Both the position numbers and the translations under genes were made by a program. The notes under the pieces were generated by a model that was not told where the DNA came from, ran no database searches, and saw only the letters and a list, made by a program, of their open reading frames with translations. Shown in pieces: positions 50,517-57,221 of a DNA stretch of 64,000 nucleotides (position 1 is its first letter; each line of letters opens with the position of its first letter). Source of the DNA: Thermoplasmatota archaeon. GTDB taxonomy: Archaea; Thermoplasmatota; E2; JACPAO01; JAHFTW01. The stretch lies in the NCBI GenBank assembly GCA_041601615.1, contig JBFIHX010000001.1, forward strand, positions 1 to 64,000. The letters are read 5' to 3'.

Positions 50517-50580
50517 GGATCCTGGTTGAACTGACCCGCCGTGAGCGGGGCGAGTGGTCGCGTTGAGCGATTTGTTGGGC
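50517..50580 (-). repeat. attC site 8 (R' core destroyed)
   Basis: GGATCCT-GGTTGAACTGACCCG...GTGGTCGCGTTGAGCGATTT-GTTGGGC; AAC is replaced by CCT. Confidence 0.8.
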
Positions 50581-50691
50581 GAAATTCGATGATTCATTGA
50601 ATCCACATGGGCCGTCGCGCGACAGAGGTGTCTGGCCTGAGGCAAGCAAGAAAACACACTCTGTCTTTGGCCTATGTCGAGTGGCGGGGCA

Positions 50692-51078
50692 CTATGTCAT
50701 CAGTGTCAGTTGGCTTCTTCGGATTTCGCGCATCCTCAACAATGTCTCTCGGAGTTCAACCACGCGCGCCGCGTCGCCACCGATGATGAGTACGTCCATG
50801 CAGGTCTCCGGTTCGCAATGCGTGTGCATCAAGCTCAGGACCACGTCATGGAAAGCATGGCGCACGTCTGAGATTTTGAAACTATGTTCGTGCGCGTAGG
50901 TCATTGTGATCGACCCATGCACGTGGCCCTCGGTGGCGCTGTGTTGGCGTTGCAGCAATTCTCGAATGGCGGCCCGCATGAATTCGCTGCGTCCCTGGTA
51001 ACGTCCCTGGTCGATGGCGGCGTCCATTTCGGCGGCCAGTTCGCTCGGGATGCTCATGCTGACAATGCCCATGTTCAT
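50692..51078 (-). CDS. NikR/CopG family metal-responsive regulator
   Basis: RHH (VSMSIP..GRSEFMRAAIR) plus NikR-type ligands H...MHTH..C. Confidence 0.9.
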   Translation of the reverse strand: MNMGIVSMSIPSELAAEMDAAIDQGRYQGRSEFMRAAIRELLQRQHSATEGHVHGSITMTYAHEHSFKISDVRHAFHDVVLSLMHTHCEPETCMDVLIIGGDAARVVELRETLLRMREIRRSQLTLMT

Positions 51079-51094
51079 ACGCGAAAACAGCCAA

Positions 51095-51105
51095 TGTTAT
51101 TAACA
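51095..51105. promoter_or_regulatory. Palindromic operator/promoter between divergent nikR and znuA
   Basis: TGTTA-T-TAACA in the short divergent intergenic region. Confidence 0.4.
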
Positions 51106-51146
51106 AATCGCAAAAGGCTATGAACCAATTGGGGTGGCCACCGCGC

Positions 51147-52043
51147 ATGAAACAGTTCACCCCTCTGCTCTTCGCAGTGCTCATGCTCTCAGGATGCGTC
51201 GGAAACGTGGAGCGCGCCGACTTGGTCGTCGCCAGTTACCCAGCCTACTTCGTCGCTTCCAACCTCGCCGGCGAGGACCTAAGCATCGCCGACCTAAATG
51301 GGGGCGCCCTGCACGGCTTCGAGGCCAGCGCACGCGATCTCGACCAACTGCGAACCTCCAGCCACCTCGTACTTTGGGACGAGGGCCTCGAATCATGGGC
51401 GCACCGCGCCGAAGCCGCTCTCGGCTCCTCCGCGCCAAAAGTCATCGAGATTACCGCATTGCCGGCAGGGGATGATCACCTGGAAGGCGGGGAAGAGGGC
51501 CATGGTGCCGGGCATGACCATGGAAAACTCGACCACGACCCCCATACCTGGAACGACCCCCTCGCCATGCGGGCCAGTGTCCAGGTACTCGAGGCCTACC
51601 TCATCGAGGCCTACCCCGAGTTCGCAGACAACATCGAAACGCGCGCGACGGACCTCAAGCAGCGCCTCGCCGAACTGCACGAGGCCTATGCATCTTCCCT
51701 GTCCGATTGCGCCCGTGACACGGTCGTCACGAACCACGAAGCCTACAACTACATGGCCCAGCGCTACGATTTCCACATATTCGCCCTCCACGGCATCGAA
51801 CCCGGGTCCGAACCGTCCCCCAAGACCGTGGACGAAGCCATCCAGAAGATCAAGGATCTCAAAATCCCTGTCATCTTCATCGAAGAGGGCACCGATTCTG
51901 GTGCCTTGAAGGCAATCCGTGACGAGACCGGCGTCCAAGTTCGCGTTCTCATCACCAGCGAGACCCGACCAGCAACCGGCGACTACATTGACTCGCAGAA
52001 TCGCAACCTGGATGAACTTCGATTCGCGTTGGGCTGCGCTTGA
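51147..52043 (+). CDS. znuA: Zn/Mn ABC transporter substrate-binding lipoprotein
   Basis: Lipobox LSGC, LHGFE, His-rich loop, DPHTW, HEAYNY. Confidence 0.9.
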   Translation: MKQFTPLLFAVLMLSGCVGNVERADLVVASYPAYFVASNLAGEDLSIADLNGGALHGFEASARDLDQLRTSSHLVLWDEGLESWAHRAEAALGSSAPKVIEITALPAGDDHLEGGEEGHGAGHDHGKLDHDPHTWNDPLAMRASVQVLEAYLIEAYPEFADNIETRATDLKQRLAELHEAYASSLSDCARDTVVTNHEAYNYMAQRYDFHIFALHGIEPGSEPSPKTVDEAIQKIKDLKIPVIFIEEGTDSGALKAIRDETGVQVRVLITSETRPATGDYIDSQNRNLDELRFALGCA

Positions 52044-52750
52044 GCATCCACGCGACGGATCTCTGCGTCCACTACGGCGACTATTGCGCATTGCATCACA
52101 TCGACTTCCAAGCCGAAGCGGGAGAGTTCATCGGCGTCGTCGGCCCCAACGGTGGTGGCAAGACGACGCTCATGCGTGCCCTCTTGGGCCTGCTGCGCTC
52201 TGCGCATGGCGAGCTCCGCGTCGACGGGCACGTCGCCTACGTCGCCCAAGACGCCGTTCATATGGATCCCAACATTCCGGTATCAGTCATGGAATTCGCA
52301 AACCTCGGCCGCCTGGACCGACGGTTCTGGCGCCGACCTTCGCAGGAAGACCGCGCCCGCATCCAGGAAGCCCTCGAAGAAACAGGCGTCTGGAACCTAC
52401 GGGCGCGGCGCCTCTCAGCACTCAGTGGCGGCCAACGCCAACGCGTTCACCTCGCCCAGGCCTTATGCCAAGACGCGAAGGTCCTGTTGCTGGACGAACC
52501 CACGACCGGCGTCGACCCCAAGAGCCGCCAAGAGCTTTACCAACTTCTGCGGCACTTGAGCCATGACCACGGGATCACCATCATCATGGTCAGCCACGAT
52601 ACCGAAAGTCTCGCCGACATTGCCGATCGGATCATCGTAGTGGACAAGACCAAGCGATTCGACGGCAACGGCCAGGCATACCGGGAGTGGTCTCGAACAG
52701 CACTTGAGCTCCCGGTTGACAACCCGTTCGGCGCGCACGAGGTACCATGA
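52040..52750 (+). CDS. znuC: Metal ABC transporter ATPase
   Basis: GPNGGGKTT, LSGGQRQR, LLDEPT, SHD. Confidence 0.92.
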   Translation: MSIHATDLCVHYGDYCALHHIDFQAEAGEFIGVVGPNGGGKTTLMRALLGLLRSAHGELRVDGHVAYVAQDAVHMDPNIPVSVMEFANLGRLDRRFWRRPSQEDRARIQEALEETGVWNLRARRLSALSGGQRQRVHLAQALCQDAKVLLLDEPTTGVDPKSRQELYQLLRHLSHDHGITIIMVSHDTESLADIADRIIVVDKTKRFDGNGQAYREWSRTALELPVDNPFGAHEVP

Positions 52751-53553
52751 GCTTCGACCTGTTCCTGACGGAGCCCTACTTTCAGCGCGTCCTTGCGACG
52801 GCCTTGGTCGTCGCGGCCACCTCTGCAGTCATCGGCGTATTCCTCGTCCAACGTGGCATGGCCTTGTTCGGCGATGGCATCGCGCACATGTCCTTTGCTG
52901 GCATCGCGCTTGGCTTCGTTGCGGGGTGGATGCCCTTGGGAGCCGCCATCGCCGTGGCCAGCCTCGGCGCCCTCGCCGTCCAAGAATTACAGCGCCGCAA
53001 TTGGGCCCGCTCCGATGCAGCCCTTGGCATTGTCTACACATCCTGCCTCGCCTTGGGTGTCGTCTTGGTCAGCAGCCAAGGATCGGTCCCGGTGGACGTC
53101 GAGTCGTATCTATTTGGCAACCTGCTTCTGGCGGGCGAACGAGAATTCACTCTAGCCGCAATCATAGCAGTGATTGTCGCCGGCACAGTCACGTTGCTGT
53201 GGAGGCCGTTCGTGCTGCTGTCGTTTGGCGAGGAACGTGCCAAGGTGCAGGGCTTGCCCGCAAAGGGCCTCAACACAATCTTCACGATTCTTACAGCCCT
53301 CGCCGTCGTCGCGTCTGTACGCGTCGTCGGTGTGCTGCTTGTCAGCGGCTTGCTCATCATTCCAGCGTCCGCCGCCAGTCGTCTAGCCCGCAGTATGCGC
53401 CAAGCGGTCCTTCTGAGCATTGCGTTCGCGTTGGGTGCGGTCGTCTTTGGCTTGGCAATCAGTGCCGAGTTCTCATTGGCGAGCGGGGCGACCATTGCGC
53501 TCACCGCCGCCGCCATCTTCGTGGCAACGGGATTTGCGCCCGGACGCAGGTGA
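52747..53553 (+). CDS. znuB: Metal ABC transporter permease
   Basis: GDGIAH, YLFGN, VGVLLVSGLLIIP. Confidence 0.92.
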   Translation: MSFDLFLTEPYFQRVLATALVVAATSAVIGVFLVQRGMALFGDGIAHMSFAGIALGFVAGWMPLGAAIAVASLGALAVQELQRRNWARSDAALGIVYTSCLALGVVLVSSQGSVPVDVESYLFGNLLLAGEREFTLAAIIAVIVAGTVTLLWRPFVLLSFGEERAKVQGLPAKGLNTIFTILTALAVVASVRVVGVLLVSGLLIIPASAASRLARSMRQAVLLSIAFALGAVVFGLAISAEFSLASGATIALTAAAIFVATGFAPGRR

Positions 53554-53629
53554 TCTTTCGCCACCGGAGCCCGAACGTCGAATGGGGCCGGTTTGCCTCA
53601 TCTCAACGCGTGCGATTTTGGCGAGGCCG

Positions 53630-53710
53630 CCCTAACACTCGAGCTGACCCGTCGCCAGCGAAGCGAGCTTGCGACCTCAGGAAGTGGTCGGGTCGAGTGG
53701 CTTGTTAGAC
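53630..53710 (-). repeat. attC site 9
   Basis: CCCTAAC-ACTCGAGCTGACCCG...GTGGTCGGGTCGAGTGGCTT-GTTAGAC. Confidence 0.9.
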
Positions 53711-54094
53711 AGCGCGTTTTACTCTCGTTTGCTGCTGGGTCAGCAACCAAGCGATGCGGCGGTGCGAAGCGAAATGATGAATCACAATTCCACTCGCGAA
53801 CAGGAGGCTAGCAACGCTCCACCCCGCGAGGATGAAGCCGCCAAGTCCCGCCACAAAGACGACGATCTCAATGGCAAGGCGAGTCGCGCCCCCTACCTCC
53901 ACAGGTGCATGCCCCTTGGAGCTTGGATCTTCGGGGACGCGAAAAATCACCCACGCGACCACGCCCACGGTGGGCAACCCGGCCGCCAACAGAAGGCGTG
54001 CCCATCCTGAGGTTGCCTGCAAACCAATTAGCGTGAGGCCGACGATTGCGGCAAGCTCGAGAGTAAACCGAAGAGCAAGGTTCGCGGGGTTCAT
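53705..54094 (-). CDS. YrdB/DUF2568 family membrane protein, cassette-borne
   Basis: NLALRFTLEL, W..F.VP.DP, RLAIE. The stop TAA lies inside the attC R'' box. Confidence 0.85.
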   Translation of the reverse strand: MNPANLALRFTLELAAIVGLTLIGLQATSGWARLLLAAGLPTVGVVAWVIFRVPEDPSSKGHAPVEVGGATRLAIEIVVFVAGLGGFILAGWSVASLLFASGIVIHHFASHRRIAWLLTQQQTRVKRAV

Positions 54095-54158
54095 GTGTGG
54101 TACTGCGGGGGGCATTCTCCAACCACAGTCAATGGAAGGCGGTGCCACGCTTAGCGCT

Positions 54159-54224
54159 GCCTAACGGTCGAACTGACCCGCTCCGGAGCGAAGCGGAGGA
54201 GTCGGGTTGAGTGACTTGTTAGCT
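54159..54224 (-). repeat. attC site 10
   Basis: GCCTAAC-GGTCGAACTGACCCGCTCC...GGAGTCGGGTTGAGTGACTT-GTTAGCT. Confidence 0.92.
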
Positions 54225-54226
54225 GG

Positions 54227-54682
54227 TCAAGATTGAAGCCCGATGCGGCCGGAACCGCAAGTTAGGTCAACCACGATGGCAATCGCGGTGATTGCAAACA
54301 CGCCGAGAACTGCTTGCCACATCTTGTAGGAACTGAAATGATACCATCGGCGCAGCTCAGGGTATTCCGTATCATTGCGTCCGGCTGTCGCATGAATAAC
54401 GGCGAGGCCATTGGCTGCGTCCTTCTCGAAAGCCTCCAAATGCTTGCCGGCGATAACTTCGTGCAGCCGGTGTTTCGCCATCAACTGCATGGACGCCAGG
54501 GCGACCAGGAAGGACAGGAGCGCGGCCACCAGTCGTGGGCCGCGTGAAATATCCGCTCCGAGCAATATCGAAAACAAGAATGCTTGAGCGGTTAGGCTCA
54601 ACACAGGAGTCTGCCACAACAGCGTATCAAGGCTTGTGCGGCGATCCGCCAGTACGGCGTATTGGCGTTTATCGATGGACAC
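54227..54682 (-). CDS. 3-TM membrane protein, first cassette of array 3
   Basis: LLWQTPVLSLTAQAFL and three TMs; stop 2 nt from the attC. Confidence 0.75.
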   Translation of the reverse strand: MSIDKRQYAVLADRRTSLDTLLWQTPVLSLTAQAFLFSILLGADISRGPRLVAALLSFLVALASMQLMAKHRLHEVIAGKHLEAFEKDAANGLAVIHATAGRNDTEYPELRRWYHFSSYKMWQAVLGVFAITAIAIVVDLTCGSGRIGLQS

Positions 54683-54720
54683 AGATTGTGAGGGGCGCCA
54701 TAGTTCTTGAACCCAGCTAA

Positions 54721-54834
54721 CTTGGTATTATCCCGCCTCCTTGGTATTATCCCGCCTCCTTGGTATTATCCCGCCTCCTTGGTATTATCCCGCCTCCTTG
54801 GTATTATCCCGCCTCCTTGGTATTATCCCGCATC
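54721..54834. repeat. Tandem repeat, 6 x 19 bp (CTTGGTATTATCCCGCCTC)
   Basis: Five perfect copies plus one with a single mismatch; no spacers. Confidence 0.97.
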
Positions 54835-54880
54835 AGCCCCTTCTTAGTATCGTCCATTCCCATTTTTTTAGCACCGACCA

Positions 54881-54996
54881 GCGGACATGTCCAAAACTTG
54901 CCGAGGCCACATACAAGAAAAATATTTGCGTAGTCTGGCATATCGCAAATATTAACATGTAACTAAAACTTGCCAGGCGCCACTGGACATGTCCGC
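54881..54996. promoter_or_regulatory. Nested inverted repeats upstream of the serine recombinase
   Basis: GCGGACATGTCCA(54881-93)/TGGACATGTCCGC(54984-96); AATATTTGCG(54921-30)/CGCAAATATT(54944-53); direct repeat AAAACTTGCC x2. Confidence 0.7.
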
Positions 54997-55140
54997 CCCA
55001 CACCCCCCAGTTTCCCACCCCCCATCCAAATTCATCAAGTAACGCATTACCCAAAATATTCAATAGAACCCACACCCCGCCAATAAAGCCGCCTCCAAAC
55101 CCACCCCGTTCAAATCACGCCCACCCCAGTCCACCCATAG

Positions 55141-55968
55141 ATGCGAACGCGCGTAGCCCTCTACACCCGCGTCAGCACGGAAGACCAAGCCAAAGAGGGA
55201 TTCAGCCTCGACGCGCAGCTGGATCGGCTCCAGAAGTACGCCGCGGCGCAAGACTGGGACATCGTCGACGCGTACGTGGACGAGGGCCAGAGCGGGCGCA
55301 CCACGAAGCGCCCCGAATACCAACGGATGCTTGCGGACCGCGAGCGTTGGGACACAATCCTTGTTCTGAAGATGGACCGCATCCACCGCAACAGCCGCAA
55401 CTTCATGGGCATGATGGACGCCCTGACGCGGGAGAACAAGGGATTTGCTAGCGTCACAGAGAGCCTGGACACCAGCACCGCCATGGGACGCTTCGTCATG
55501 GACATCATCCAACGCATCGCACAACTGGAGTCGGAGCAAATCGGCGAGCGCGTGTTTGTTGGCATGGAGCAGAAAGCCAAAACCTCCGGTGGCAGTCTCG
55601 GCAAGCCCGCGCCCTTCGGCTACGTCTACGGCGAAGACAGCGTGCTTCAGGTGGTCGCGGAGGAGGCGCCACATGTGCGATTCCTGTTCGAGACCTTCCG
55701 CGACGGCGCCGGCAAGCAGGCTCTTGCGGACGCGCTGAACGAACAGGGCGTGCCCACGCGCCGCAACACGATCTGGACGGTCTGGAACGTCACAGGCATC
55801 CTCTCGAACCCCACGTACGCCGGCGCGCTGCCGTGGGGTGAGCAATTGCAGATCGGCGCACACGAGCCCATCATTGGGCCCAAGCTGTTCAATCAAGTCC
55901 AGGATCGATTGCAAAGTACGTCCACCAAACGAACGTTTGTGCGGCTGCCTCAGGAGACGCTGTCTTAG
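55141..55968 (+). CDS. Serine recombinase (resolvase + recombinase domains, no Zn-ribbon/coiled coil)
   Basis: YTRVSTEDQ (catalytic Ser), DRIHRN, DTSTAMGR, PFGY, ILSNPTYAG, HEPII. Confidence 0.95.
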   Translation: MRTRVALYTRVSTEDQAKEGFSLDAQLDRLQKYAAAQDWDIVDAYVDEGQSGRTTKRPEYQRMLADRERWDTILVLKMDRIHRNSRNFMGMMDALTRENKGFASVTESLDTSTAMGRFVMDIIQRIAQLESEQIGERVFVGMEQKAKTSGGSLGKPAPFGYVYGEDSVLQVVAEEAPHVRFLFETFRDGAGKQALADALNEQGVPTRRNTIWTVWNVTGILSNPTYAGALPWGEQLQIGAHEPIIGPKLFNQVQDRLQSTSTKRTFVRLPQETLS

Positions 55969-56132
55969 TCCCCTCCTGTTGGGCCTCTGTTACCGAGCAC
56001 CTGGGCGTTTGAGGTTCGGTCTACCGTTCATCAAACGAAGCTCGACCTCGTTTTCCAAAGGGACTATATACTGCGCTTTTGCAGGGGCTTGGTAATGCCA
56101 ATATTTTCGTCTTTTCGCAATTGACGATATAT

Positions 56133-56561
56133 TCACGAATCGGCGGATTCCAGGGGTTTGCTGGCGCCGACGGTCAAAAGCAGCAGGATATCCGACTCGA
56201 CTTGCCCTAGTGTCCGGTTGGCAAGAAAGTATGCGGCGAGAAACACTCCGGCAAAGGTGTTCGACACGGTCCTGAACAAGGAAAGCGCCGCCGACGTCTC
56301 CGAAGTTGCTCCGATGGCGCCCACGACGGCGACGGCAACGGCGGAGATCACAGACGCAAACAGGAAGGGCATCAGGAAGGCGCGGACGATCAGCCATTTG
56401 TTCATCAGGCGGGTGCGTTGCTGGAGAATCGCTTGCTCAATCAGACCTAGGTGGGGGGCCTCTTGCAGTCCATCCACGAGGTGACGGAAGCGATTGTTGA
56501 ACCACCACTTCCAGGGGTGGGAATATGGGTACACGAGCCGAGTAGAGCGGCCGTGCATCAA
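56133..56561 (-). CDS. Hypothetical 2-TM membrane protein (possibly frameshifted into 55990-56150)
   Basis: Two TMs; a lower-GC open frame continues in another phase. Confidence 0.45.
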   Translation of the reverse strand: MMHGRSTRLVYPYSHPWKWWFNNRFRHLVDGLQEAPHLGLIEQAILQQRTRLMNKWLIVRAFLMPFLFASVISAVAVAVVGAIGATSETSAALSLFRTVSNTFAGVFLAAYFLANRTLGQVESDILLLLTVGASKPLESADS

Positions 56562-56921
56562 GGCCCCTTCGTTCAGATTCTACGGACAACTAGGGGGCGT
56601 GGTGAGGAAGGGGGATGAGGATGGGATGCTAGTTCTGTGGTGGTCAGGTCACGAGGGTACACGTTCTGTGTATTCCCACTCGTCCGTGACCACGCGAATC
56701 CACGCGTAGTTCATGGAGTACCTCCCGGTATGGGTCCCCTAGCTCGGCGGCCTCCCAACCGCGTCCTTACTGGGGGAAGTGGACACGGGCTGCGAACCAA
56801 TATAGGGGTTTCCAAACGAAGCCCTGCTGCGCCTCCAACTTCTGCAACAAGTGCATTAATTCGCTAATAAGCGCAAAAACGGAAATGGTTGCGTATTAGT
56901 GCACAAACCCAACCTAGGGGG

Positions 56922-57221
56922 CTATTCGAGCAGGGTGAAAAGAACGTCATCTTCGCCCACGTCGAACACACCGAGGCGCGCGCCCGCATCAAGCCAGCCA
57001 TGGGCGTAATTGACCTGTGCAAACGCATTGACGAAGTCTCCTCGAGCATGGTTGTGCACGGCATCGGCATGGTAGCTTGTTGCCATTTCCATGAAACTCT
57101 CCGCCATGCGCGCTGCGAAGCTCCGGCCAGGCGCCACGATGCGCGCTTTGGCAATTGCGCGCTTCGTCAGGTCCAGGTAGCGCTCTATTTTGGCGGGGGT
57201 GATCTCCGTCAGCGATTCCAC
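56922..57221 (-). CDS. DUF357 family protein
   Basis: MATSYHADA.H...GDFVNAFAQVNYAHGWLDAG. Confidence 0.92.
   Translation of the reverse strand: MESLTEITPAKIERYLDLTKRAIAKARIVAPGRSFAARMAESFMEMATSYHADAVHNHARGDFVNAFAQVNYAHGWLDAGARLGVFDVGEDDVLFTLLE

Larger units (their letters stand above)
48948..54721 (-). mobile_element. Integron-type cassette array 3 (2 intact proximal cassettes plus decayed distal ones)
   Basis: Four attC-family sites; boundary pairs 53704-53715/54154-54165 match 11/12 and 54218-54226/54713-54721 match 9/9. Confidence 0.7.

Noticed and set aside
51101-51111. TAACAAATCGC as a plus-strand attC start
   Set aside because: There is no complementary arm or GTT end; it is better explained as the nikR/znuA intergenic palindrome.
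54721-54834. CRISPR array
   Set aside because: The 19-bp units abut with no spacers, and there are no cas genes in the window.
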